Shown one piece after another: positions 28,701 to 36,224 of a stretch of 62,569 nt of DNA. Origin of the DNA: Terriglobales bacterium (GTDB lineage Bacteria; Acidobacteriota; Terriglobia; Terriglobales; Acidobacteriaceae); NCBI GenBank assembly GCA_036770325.1, contig DAIPJJ010000002.1:1-62569 (forward strand), given 5' to 3'. Under the pieces are notes generated by a model that was not told the DNA's origin, did not search any database, and worked only from the letters and a program-made list of their open reading frames with translations. The translations under genes were made by a program, and so were the position numbers. Position 1 is the first letter of the stretch. The number at the start of each line of letters is the position of its first letter.

Positions 28701-29264
28701 GACACCACAACTGAAGTTCGGCCTGGGCTCTCGGTTACTGCCAACGTGTATTCGCTAAGCAACAAACTTCTGCTCCATCGCGAAGAGAAGCACGACTTGC
28801 CTGCGAACGCCGCAAGCGATGCGTTCAAGCTTGACCTGGCGCCGCTGTTTGCGACGAATCCTGTCGTGCTAGTGAAGCTCGAGCTTCGCGATCCGCAAGG
28901 CGAGATGATCTCGGATAATTTCTACTGGCTCGCCGCCGACAGCGCCTCATACCGCGCTCTCAACAAGCTGCCTGCAAGTTCTGTGTCGGCTACGGCAAAT
29001 TCGTCGCGAGACGGAGACGACACACGCATTCGAGTCCAACTACAAAACACCGGAACGAGTGCATCGATCGAGAACAAGCTCACTTTGCTCAATGCTGACG
29101 GTTCGCGAATCCTTCCGGCGTATTACTCCGACAATTATGTTTCGCTTCTGCCCGGCGAGAAACGAGAGATTGATATCGAGTTTTCCAGCAAGTCAAACAG
29201 CGGTCGGATGCAGGTTGGAATTCGGGGATGGAACACCCCCACGCAGACGATTGCCGTGCAATAG
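25743..29264 (+). CDS. secreted LamG-like + glycoside hydrolase family 2 protein (exo-beta-D-glucosaminidase/beta-mannosidase-like)
   Basis: About 1170 aa starting at ATG 25743, with a signal peptide. An N-terminal concanavalin/LamG-like module comes first (WHFLAATFDGQSFTLYADG). Then come the GH2 sugar-binding, Ig-like and TIM-barrel regions with VVWCGRNEG (acid/base NE) and WNDFWES. Confidence 0.82.
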   Translation: MQRKLSAFSSVFITMLLTLVPWSRSYSQAPTSDQPAYGPYNAVFLPDGDGLEKSLSKDDPIFRADSPWSFYAWVQWNEAISAPTLIAGLGDPSEEYSRYVGLDSSHLFLYSGRDSRLSGAASLAPDKWHFLAATFDGQSFTLYADGAQVASGKLDLGSVSPVLKMAPAAPVGASWRHFGGKIAGLKVVGHALTADEVRQLARQSQDFSLLEFEEGSKPWPVQTREQAGYRAPQDPSTMPHTNAAFSRLVAKPLPPAQETLQSHGDNEWFLAANWKLISAPKLNADGSAISQSGFSTRDWMAATVPGTVLTTMIDRGIYPDPDYGLNNLVIPESLNKQDYWYRVEFRVPSSVQGRRLTLNFEGINYAAEVWLNGKQLGSIKGAFIRGIFDVSNAVKRDTANVLAVKISPPPHPGIPQEQSIKGGPGENGGIMCLDGPTFVATEGWDWIPAIRDRDSGIWQPVTLTASGEAKIGDPHVVTTLPLPDTSRADVEITVPVENASNAPLNGTLKASFGETSIAKQITLAPGENSVKLAPAEFPQLTVQHPRLWWPNGYGKPELYTLELSFTDASGTTTTKRLRFGIREVTYELSLFDTSGHLRRLEYSPTTAHAKNEQVIDVRHDAIRNIPPTDPFPPDWPKEWKEGWKSWVYSLAPGGETSSAVRMLDDTQMTPYLALKVNGVRIAARGGNWGMDDSRKRVSREKLEPYFRLHRDAHLNIIRNWVGQDTEETFYQLADEYGLMIWNDFWESTQNYNVEAQDPDLFLRNARDTILRFRNHPSIVVWCGRNEGVPQPIINEGLADLIRTLDGTRYYSPSSNEINLQHSGPYKYMDPSLYFTALNHGFSVETGTPSFSTLESFRAWIPKEDLWPISDDWAYHDWHQSGNGDMAPFMAQMQTEFGAPTSLEDFERKAQMLDYVDHRAIFEGMNAHLWNPNSGRMLWMTQPAWPSNTWQIMTSDYDTQSSYYGVKKACEPLHVQLDLSNYTVSIVDTTTEVRPGLSVTANVYSLSNKLLLHREEKHDLPANAASDAFKLDLAPLFATNPVVLVKLELRDPQGEMISDNFYWLAADSASYRALNKLPASSVSATANSSRDGDDTRIRVQLQNTGTSASIENKLTLLNADGSRILPAYYSDNYVSLLPGEKREIDIEFSSKSNSGRMQVGIRGWNTPTQTIAVQ

Positions 29265-29301
29265 TTCACTCTGAAGTAGAATTGCGGACTGTTCGAAGTA
29301 C

Positions 29302-30774
29302 ATGCCACGAAAGGTTTGCGGAATGCGTATGCGATTTCTGCTTTGCGCTCTTGCTTTGATCGGGATAGCGATAGCTCAATCTGCGAAAGATAGCGACGTT
29401 GCCGAGTTCATCGCCCTCAACGCCCAGGTTTTGGTGCTGAACCATGTGCGCGTGATAGACGGAACCGGCGCTCCAGCGAAAGATGATCAGGCGGTCGTCA
29501 TCGCGAACGGGAAAATTCAGGCGATCGGCCCAGCCGGCTCTGTGCAAATTCCGGCGGGAGCCCAGCAGATCGACCGCGCGGGTTACACCGTCATTCCCGG
29601 GCTTGTCGGCATGCACGACCATCTTTATTACACAAATTCGATTTCAGTTCAGGTGGCCGCTGGACACATAGCCGAGCCGGGATTATTTGTTGCGGAACTT
29701 CCGTTCACCGCACCTCGGCTCTATCTTGCCGCTGGCGTCACCACCATGCGGACGACCGGCAGTGTTGAGCCGTATACCGATTTGAAGATTAAGAACCGGA
29801 TCGACGCGAACCTGATGCCCGGGCCGAACCTCGACGCGACCGCGCCCTATCTGGAAGGTGCGCCGACGATCTTTGCCCAGATGCACGAGCTCACCGGGCC
29901 TGACGATGCCAAGCGTATGGTGGACTATTGGGCCGACACGGGCATGACCTCGTACAAGGCTTACATGAACATCTCGCGCGCGGAACTCGGCGCAGCGATT
30001 CAGGAAGCGCATGCACGCCATCTGAAGTTGACAGGCCATCTGTGTTCCGTAACCTGGCCCGAGGCAATCGCGCTTGGAATCGATGATTTCGAGCACGGGC
30101 CTGTCTTCACGGATACGGAATTTGCGGCTGATAAAAAGCCCGACCTTTGCCCACCTAAGGAAGGCGAAGAGGGATGGTCGAAGCAGGAGATCAACGGCGC
30201 GCAAGTGCAGGACCTGATCCACTCGCTCGTTTCGCACCATATTGCAGTGACCTCGACTTTGCCGGTGTTTGAAGCAAGCGTCCCCGGCCGACCGAAGTTG
30301 GAACAGCGTACCCTCGATGCGATGTCCGACGAAGCTGCGAAGAGCTATCTCACGGCGCGCGCACGGGTCTCACTGAAGTCGCCATTAGGCGCTCTCATGC
30401 GCAAAGAAATGGATTTTGAACTTGCGTTTGTGAAAGCAGGTGGATTGCTCCTTGCCGGTCCGGATCCGACCGGCAACGGCGGCGTGTTGCCCGGATTCGG
30501 CGACCAGCGCGAAGTTGAGCTGCTGGTCGAAGCAGGCTTCACGCCCGTGCAGGCAATTCAGATCGCTACCCAGAACGGCGCTACTTACCTCGGGCGCGAA
30601 AATGACATCGGAACGCTTGCGCCGGGCAAGCACGCAGACCTCGTTCTGATCAAAGGCGATCCTTCTAAAAAGATCGAGGATATAGAAAACGTCGAAACAG
30701 TCTTCAAGGCCGGCGTCGGATACGATTCCGAAAAGCTGATCGACAGCGTACGCGGGCAAGTCGGGATCCGCTGA
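29302..30774 (+). CDS. amidohydrolase family protein
   Basis: 490 aa with a signal peptide. It has the metal-binding motif PGLVGMHDHLY and the C-terminal GTLAPGKHADLVLI typical of the amidohydrolase superfamily. An alternative start is at 29323. Confidence 0.85.
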   Translation: MPRKVCGMRMRFLLCALALIGIAIAQSAKDSDVAEFIALNAQVLVLNHVRVIDGTGAPAKDDQAVVIANGKIQAIGPAGSVQIPAGAQQIDRAGYTVIPGLVGMHDHLYYTNSISVQVAAGHIAEPGLFVAELPFTAPRLYLAAGVTTMRTTGSVEPYTDLKIKNRIDANLMPGPNLDATAPYLEGAPTIFAQMHELTGPDDAKRMVDYWADTGMTSYKAYMNISRAELGAAIQEAHARHLKLTGHLCSVTWPEAIALGIDDFEHGPVFTDTEFAADKKPDLCPPKEGEEGWSKQEINGAQVQDLIHSLVSHHIAVTSTLPVFEASVPGRPKLEQRTLDAMSDEAAKSYLTARARVSLKSPLGALMRKEMDFELAFVKAGGLLLAGPDPTGNGGVLPGFGDQREVELLVEAGFTPVQAIQIATQNGATYLGRENDIGTLAPGKHADLVLIKGDPSKKIEDIENVETVFKAGVGYDSEKLIDSVRGQVGIR

Positions 30775-30825
30775 GGGCGCGATTCTTCCACTAGCCTGTG
30801 AGCAGGGTCTCATTACAATACTGCT

Positions 30826-32130
30826 GTGCTCACGCGCGTGCTGAGTTTTTCGCCTGCTACGGACGAGAGCTTCTTTCATGAGCTTCCGGCGTCGGCCGCG
30901 GTGTTCCTGCTTCGCGGCGAAGGCGAGCCGTACGTCAGCAAGACCGCTAATCTGCGCCGGCGAATGCTGCGCCTGCTCGGCCGGCCTGTCGAGCAGAGTA
31001 AACGGCTGAATCTTCGTGATCGGGTCAGGGAAATTGAATTCACTCTGACGGGATCAGATTTTGAATCGCAGTTGCTTCTTTACAGGCTGCTGCGTGAGCA
31101 TTTTCCGAAGACCTACTCGGCGCGGCTTCGGCTGCGGCCGGCCCCTTTGGTTAAGTTGCACTTGGAGAATGAGTATCCGCGCGCATCGGTCACGACGCGA
31201 CTGGGAAAACTTCCGGGTTTGCAACAAAGTCAATCCTTTCATGTCGAGCGAGGTTCCATTGAGAGCGAAGCGAGCGATGCAACGCAGTCGAGAGCCTGCC
31301 CTGAGCGATTGACCCCAGGGAAGGAGTCGAACGGAAACCTGCTTTTTGATAAGGCCCAAGCTTCAAACCTCTACTATGGCCCTTTCCCATCCCGCACTGC
31401 CGCTGAAAAATTCGCCAACGATGCGCTGGATTTTTTCAAAATGCGACGCTGCACGGACGATCTTCATCCCGATCCATCGTTCCCTGGGTGCGTCTATTCC
31501 GAAATGAAGATGTGCCTGGCGCCGTGCTTTAAAGGCTGCAGCGATGACGACTACCACGCCGAAGTCCGCCGCGTGCAGACATTCTTTGATTCACGAGGCG
31601 AATCCCTCTCCCGCGAGCTTGCTGAACAGCGCGATCACGCCTCGCAGGAGCTCGCTTTCGAAGAGGCGGCCGCAATTCACGCGAAGGCCGAGAAACTCAA
31701 GCCAGTGCTGGCACAACTGCCCGAAATTATGCACAGGATTGATCGGCTACAGGCGATCATCATTCAGCCTTCAGCCGAAGAGAAGTCAGTAGCACTGTAT
31801 CGTTTTTCGCGTGCAATCTTGCACGGCCCAGTTCAATTCAGCATCGAGCAGAGCGGCGAGCCGCAATCGATGGAGTCGAGAGTTGAGAAGACCTTCGCTG
31901 AGTTCCCCGGCGAGGCGCGTTCGTCAGCCGTCGAGCAAACAGAGCACCTGGCCATCCTCAAACGCTGGTATTACCGTTCGCACCGCATCGGCGAGATCTT
32001 TTTTGCAGATGAGAAGGGTTACTGGCCGCTCCGGCGCATCGTGCGTGCAATCGGACGTGTCTATCGCGGAGAAAAGGAGACTGAGCCGAGTTCTTTTTCT
32101 GCGACCCCGCCGGCGACAACGCCATCGTAA
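30826..32130 (+). CDS. UvrC N-terminal-half homologue (Cho-like) with a degenerate GIY-YIG motif and a UVR domain
   Basis: 434 aa with a GTG start. AVFLL...EPYVSKTANLRRRM resembles GIY-YIG. It also has a Cys-rich MRRCTD...CVYSEMKMCLAPCFKGC and a UVR-like ELAFEEAAAIHAKAEKLK. It lacks the C-terminal UvrC endonuclease/HhH half. Confidence 0.6.
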   Translation: MLTRVLSFSPATDESFFHELPASAAVFLLRGEGEPYVSKTANLRRRMLRLLGRPVEQSKRLNLRDRVREIEFTLTGSDFESQLLLYRLLREHFPKTYSARLRLRPAPLVKLHLENEYPRASVTTRLGKLPGLQQSQSFHVERGSIESEASDATQSRACPERLTPGKESNGNLLFDKAQASNLYYGPFPSRTAAEKFANDALDFFKMRRCTDDLHPDPSFPGCVYSEMKMCLAPCFKGCSDDDYHAEVRRVQTFFDSRGESLSRELAEQRDHASQELAFEEAAAIHAKAEKLKPVLAQLPEIMHRIDRLQAIIIQPSAEEKSVALYRFSRAILHGPVQFSIEQSGEPQSMESRVEKTFAEFPGEARSSAVEQTEHLAILKRWYYRSHRIGEIFFADEKGYWPLRRIVRAIGRVYRGEKETEPSSFSATPPATTPS

Positions 32131-32149
32131 AGGGAGGTTTTGGCGAACT

Positions 32150-32240
32150 TTGCGAAATCTTCGCGTTCTTTGCGGTTAAGATCTTTTACCGCAAAGGTCG
32201 CAAAGGCTGTGCCAAGGTCGCAAAGAAAAATCAGTCAGAA
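32150..32240. repeat. family C repeat cluster (tttgcggttaa / taccgcaaaggtcgcaaagg)
   Basis: It has the same word family as 1931-1960 and 32735-32930. It generates the spurious N-terminal extension of ORF 32140-32727. Confidence 0.65.
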
Positions 32241-32247
32241 AGACCCC

Positions 32248-32727
32248 ATGAACACCGACGAATCTCTTCGCAAGCACCTGCTCGAACTGCTCGATGGCGG
32301 GCATGCCCACGCGACTTTTGACGACGTGATCAAAGATTTTCCGGCAAAGTTCCGCGGCGAAATTCCCAATGGCCTGCCGCATTCGGCCTGGATGCTGCTC
32401 GAGCACATGCGGATCGCGCAATGGGACATCCTGGATTTCAGCCGCAATGCGAACTACAAGGCGCTGAAGTGGCCGGCCGACTACTGGCCGAAGAATCCCG
32501 CTCCAGCAAGCACGATCGCGTGGGAAAAGAGTATTGAGCGCTTCCACAATGATCTCGATGCAATGAAGAAGTTGGTGAGCGATCCTAAAACAGATCTGTT
32601 TGCAAAGCTTCCCTGGGGAGATGGACAGACCATTTTGCGCGAGGCGATGCTCGTGGCCGACCACAATGCGCACCATTTGGGCCAGCTCATCGATTTGCGC
32701 AGGTTACTCGGAATCTGGAAACAGTAA
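32248..32727 (+). CDS. DinB family protein
   Basis: 159 aa from ATG 32248. It has DinB-type His positions (GGHAHATFDDV ... DHNAHHLGQL). Confidence 0.8.
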   Translation: MNTDESLRKHLLELLDGGHAHATFDDVIKDFPAKFRGEIPNGLPHSAWMLLEHMRIAQWDILDFSRNANYKALKWPADYWPKNPAPASTIAWEKSIERFHNDLDAMKKLVSDPKTDLFAKLPWGDGQTILREAMLVADHNAHHLGQLIDLRRLLGIWKQ

Positions 32728-32734
32728 AAGATTT

Positions 32735-32930
32735 GACCGTCCAGCTCGCAGAGCTACCGCAAAGGTCGCAGAGAACATCTTCGCTACGATTTCTGGCCGG
32801 GCAAAGGTCCTTTGCGAACTTAGCGACTCCTTGGCGTGCTTTGCGGTTAAAGTCTTTCGCTCGCTTTTCGGCGAACTCAGCTTTCCTCCCGGCGTTCTCT
32901 GCGGTTAAGAGCTTTTGGTCAGACAGGCAA
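32735..32930. repeat. family C repeat cluster
   Basis: Contains ctaccgcaaaggtcgcagagaac, gctttgcggttaaag and ttctctgcggttaagag in mixed orientations, between convergent genes. Confidence 0.65.
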
Positions 32931-32931
32931 G

Positions 32932-34473
32932 CTAAACAGCCTTCCTGAGCTGCGCGGTTTGCGGCCTCTTCCGGAAGACAACCTTTACTTCTTTCCTCCA
33001 TAGCTCGTTTATTCCGAGCAACGTCCAATCGATGTGTGGGGAAACATATTTGAGCAACGTGTCGGTCGTCGGGTGCACGCGCAGTGCGGGCGCGACCATG
33101 ATCAGTAGCGGCTTTTGCGGAGAAAGTTCACGCCCTGCGAAGTAGCCGAATTTCTGAAACTCGCCGCGCGCATGATGCCATTCCACACGCGACCAATAGT
33201 CAATCCCCTGCAAGGGCAGGTGGATGTCTTCGTCGGCTTTCAGTTCCACGACCGCCAGCCGTCCGGTGCGAGTAACGGTCAGCACGTCGATCATGGCGCG
33301 ATCAGCGGCCGAAAATGCCGGCACTTGAGAGTAATTCCACCGCGAATCGAGCTGATCATCAAGCGCGGCAACATTTTTCACCACCAGTGACTCCAGCCAG
33401 CGCTCCGGATGCAAGCGCCAGTATGGGCTGTCGCTGGGGCCCTCCGCATGCCGTGCCTCGCCAATGCTGTGCACCAGCCGCTCGAATTGAGCGAAGTCGC
33501 TTCCATCGAGAACGCGCTCACCCGCCCCCAGGCCAAACACAATTTCCGGTGCGCTATTGAAGTCGCCAGGTTTGGCGGAGAGCCGCGCGCGCGCGAATTC
33601 CTGTCCGTGGCAGCGAAATGCAATCTCGGCTGGACTTGAAATTCCGATTTCGACCTCGGGCATCACGGTCTGGACTAGAGCAATCGGCTCGGCAAATCGG
33701 GTTCGCACCGCAGATTCATCCGTGCAGCGAACGAGCCGGGTGGCAACATTGCCGCGGTCGGGAATTTCGACTGGGATCAACTCATCGGTTCGTTCATTCA
33801 GTTCGAAAAGCTGCCATTTCGCAATTTCCGGGTTCAGCTGCGAAATGCGTTCGCGTATCAGCTCTGATCGTCCCTGGGGAACGAACAGTTTCAGTCCTTC
33901 GATCACCAGCTTTCCGGCGTTCGCTTGCCGGCAGACATCCAGCCACAAAATTCCAAAGGTCAGTGAGGCGTCGATGGAGGACTGCAGTTCCTGCGAGTTC
34001 GCTCCAAGCACAGCGAACGCCGACTGCCCACGTCGAACGAGCCCTCGCGCATAGATCGGCCCGAAGGATTTCTCAAGGTCCATCGACGTGCTCAGTTGTG
34101 CGACGGTGAAATCCGGGAACCGCTTCCGCAGCACTCGTTCGAGGACTCGCTGGTAAGCAGCACGGGCGGCGCGCTTAACAGATGGAGAACGCCGGTCACG
34201 ATCGCGACAGATTTCGAGCTTCGTCGGCCGGGCTTGCCCAATTCTTTGAACTGTAATCCGCAGAGTCTCGCCTTTGCTTTCGACGTCGAGCACACGACGC
34301 ACAACGTTTCGCTCAGAAGACCACAAGTGCAGGAGGCATTTGTTGCTTTCTCCGGAAATCGAGTACTTTGCGCTTTCGAGATCGAAGACTACTGCCCCGT
34401 CCTCGATTACGACGGCGCTGCTGCTTTGGGAAAGAAATCCTTCGAGCATGTTCGCCAGTATCTGCGGAGTCAT
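32932..34473 (-). CDS. uncharacterised protein with a C-terminal PD-(D/E)xK nuclease-like motif
   Basis: The 513-aa ORF shows clean coding statistics relative to the shadow ORFs. The C-terminal MIDVL...RLAVVELKADED fits a D...ExK restriction-endonuclease-like core. I recognise no other family. Confidence 0.6.
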   Translation of the reverse strand: MTPQILANMLEGFLSQSSSAVVIEDGAVVFDLESAKYSISGESNKCLLHLWSSERNVVRRVLDVESKGETLRITVQRIGQARPTKLEICRDRDRRSPSVKRAARAAYQRVLERVLRKRFPDFTVAQLSTSMDLEKSFGPIYARGLVRRGQSAFAVLGANSQELQSSIDASLTFGILWLDVCRQANAGKLVIEGLKLFVPQGRSELIRERISQLNPEIAKWQLFELNERTDELIPVEIPDRGNVATRLVRCTDESAVRTRFAEPIALVQTVMPEVEIGISSPAEIAFRCHGQEFARARLSAKPGDFNSAPEIVFGLGAGERVLDGSDFAQFERLVHSIGEARHAEGPSDSPYWRLHPERWLESLVVKNVAALDDQLDSRWNYSQVPAFSAADRAMIDVLTVTRTGRLAVVELKADEDIHLPLQGIDYWSRVEWHHARGEFQKFGYFAGRELSPQKPLLIMVAPALRVHPTTDTLLKYVSPHIDWTLLGINELWRKEVKVVFRKRPQTAQLRKAV

Positions 34474-34519
34474 ACCAACAAGTTTTCCAAAGAAGGCGAG
34501 CTTTGTCTGTGACGGATGA

Positions 34520-34660
34520 ACATCTAGGAATCGGGTGATCGGGCGATCTGGCCATCGGGTGATCTGGAGCGTGTGTTCTGGCCCTGTGCGGTTCTAAATC
34601 ACCTGGTGACCCGATCATCCGATGGCCCGATTACCCGGCACTTGATGTGGGATAATGGCC
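34520..34660. repeat. degenerate-word palindrome (cgggtgatc / gatcacccg units; translates as SPDHPI)
   Basis: The left half is aatcgggtgatcgggcgatctggccatcgggtgatc. The reverse complement of the right half is gtaatcgggccatcggatgatcgggtcaccaggtgat. It lies in the divergent intergenic region upstream of tldD. Confidence 0.6.
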
Positions 34661-34700
34661 CTATCCCGAGCCTTTCCGGCCCAAAGGTCATCCAATAACT

Positions 34701-36152
34701 GTGGACAATAATCATTTTTTCTTTGAGCACTATGGCCTGACCAACCGCGACCTGGAGCGCTACTTAGCGGCGGCGCTTTCGGCCGGAGGGGACTACGCAG
34801 ACGTTTATTTTGAGTATCTTTCCTCGACTGCGCTGACGGTCGATGAATCGATGGTCAAGTCGGCTTCGCAGGGCATCTCCGCTGGCTGCGGGATCCGCGT
34901 CATCTCCGGCGAGCGCACAGGGTACGCCTATACCGACGATCTTTCCCCCGCTCGCATTCTGCACGCCGCCCGGACCGCGGCCCTGATCGCCAGCGGCCCC
35001 GCCAAGACCCCCAGTGCCGGATTTCAACAAACCCAGGCGCGAAGTTTGTATCCGCTGACTTTGCCGTCCGTAGATGCCGAGATTACGGCCAAGGTCGAGT
35101 TGGTGATGCGTGCGGATTCGGCTGCGCGCGCTTACGATCCGCGAATCAAGGAAGTCCGCGCGAACTATGCCGACGAGCTGCGGAACATTCTCGTGGTCGG
35201 ATCAGATGGGACCTATGCAGAAGATTCGCAACCGCTCGCTCGCCTGAATGTCTCCTGCATTGCGAAAACTGATCGCAATTCTGCTCGCGGCAGTGCGGGC
35301 GGTGGTGGCCGGGTAGCGCTCGACTTTTTCTTTGGTGACAAGACCCCTGAGTATTTTGCGAAGGAAGCATCGCGGCAGGCGATTCTGCAGCTTGACGCCC
35401 GCGAAGCCCCGGCAGGCGACATGGAAGTAGTGCTCGGCCCAGGCTGGCCGGGAGTCTTGATTCACGAGGCCGTCGGTCACGGGCTCGAAGCCGACTTCAA
35501 TCGTAAGCAGACATCTGCGTTTGCGGGATTGATTGGCAAGAAAGTAGCGAGTGAAAAATGCACTGTGGTCGATAACGGGACCATGCCCTGGCGGCGCGGC
35601 TCCCTCAACGTGGACGACGAAGGCCACAGCACGCAGGAAACGGTGCTGATCGAAAAAGGGATTCTGAAGGGCTATTTGAGCGACAAGCTTTCCGCGAAGC
35701 TGATGGGTATGGCTGATACCGGGAACGGCAGGCGCGAGAGCTATGAACACATCCCCATGCCGCGCATGACGAACACATATTTGCTGGCTGGTGAAGACGC
35801 ACCGGAAGATATTATTCGATCCGTGAAGCGCGGGATTTACGCGGTGAATTTCGGTGGCGGGCAGGTCGATATCACGAACGGCAAGTTCGTTTTTTCTGCC
35901 TCCGAGGCCTATTTGATCGAAGACGGCCACGTGACTGCGCCGATTCGCGGCGCGACACTGATCGGCAACGGCCCGGATGCGCTGACTCGTGTGTCGATGG
36001 TCGGCAACGACCTGCGTCTCGATGAAGGCGTTGGAACCTGCGGGAAGGATGGGCAAGCTGTTCCTGTCGGCGTGGGAATGCCGACTACAAAGCTAGATCG
36101 GTTAACCGTCGGCGGCACCGCACGGAAAGACACCGGCGGATTTATGCAGTAA
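34701..36152 (+). CDS. tldD: metalloprotease TldD
   Basis: 483 aa with a GTG start. It has the TldD motif VLIHEAVGHGLEADF and is followed by pmbA. Confidence 0.92.
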   Translation: MDNNHFFFEHYGLTNRDLERYLAAALSAGGDYADVYFEYLSSTALTVDESMVKSASQGISAGCGIRVISGERTGYAYTDDLSPARILHAARTAALIASGPAKTPSAGFQQTQARSLYPLTLPSVDAEITAKVELVMRADSAARAYDPRIKEVRANYADELRNILVVGSDGTYAEDSQPLARLNVSCIAKTDRNSARGSAGGGGRVALDFFFGDKTPEYFAKEASRQAILQLDAREAPAGDMEVVLGPGWPGVLIHEAVGHGLEADFNRKQTSAFAGLIGKKVASEKCTVVDNGTMPWRRGSLNVDDEGHSTQETVLIEKGILKGYLSDKLSAKLMGMADTGNGRRESYEHIPMPRMTNTYLLAGEDAPEDIIRSVKRGIYAVNFGGGQVDITNGKFVFSASEAYLIEDGHVTAPIRGATLIGNGPDALTRVSMVGNDLRLDEGVGTCGKDGQAVPVGVGMPTTKLDRLTVGGTARKDTGGFMQ

Positions 36153-36160
36153 GACCTTTC

Positions 36161-36224
36161 TCACCACGGAGTCACGGAGAAATCATTGAGTAATTTTCTT
36201 CTTTTCTCCGTGCCTCCGTGGTGA
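36161..36224. repeat. family C-variant long hairpin (tcaccacggagtcacggagaa / tttctccgtgcctccgtggtga)
   Basis: The roughly 21-nt arms are nearly perfectly complementary. The hairpin fills the whole tldD-pmbA spacer and ends at the pmbA ATG. Confidence 0.75.

Noticed and set aside
32140-32247. N-terminal 36 codons of track ORF 32140-32727
   Set aside because: These codons are encoded entirely by the family C repeat cluster (SRSLRLRSFTAKVAKAVPRSQRK). DinB homology begins at ATG 32248.
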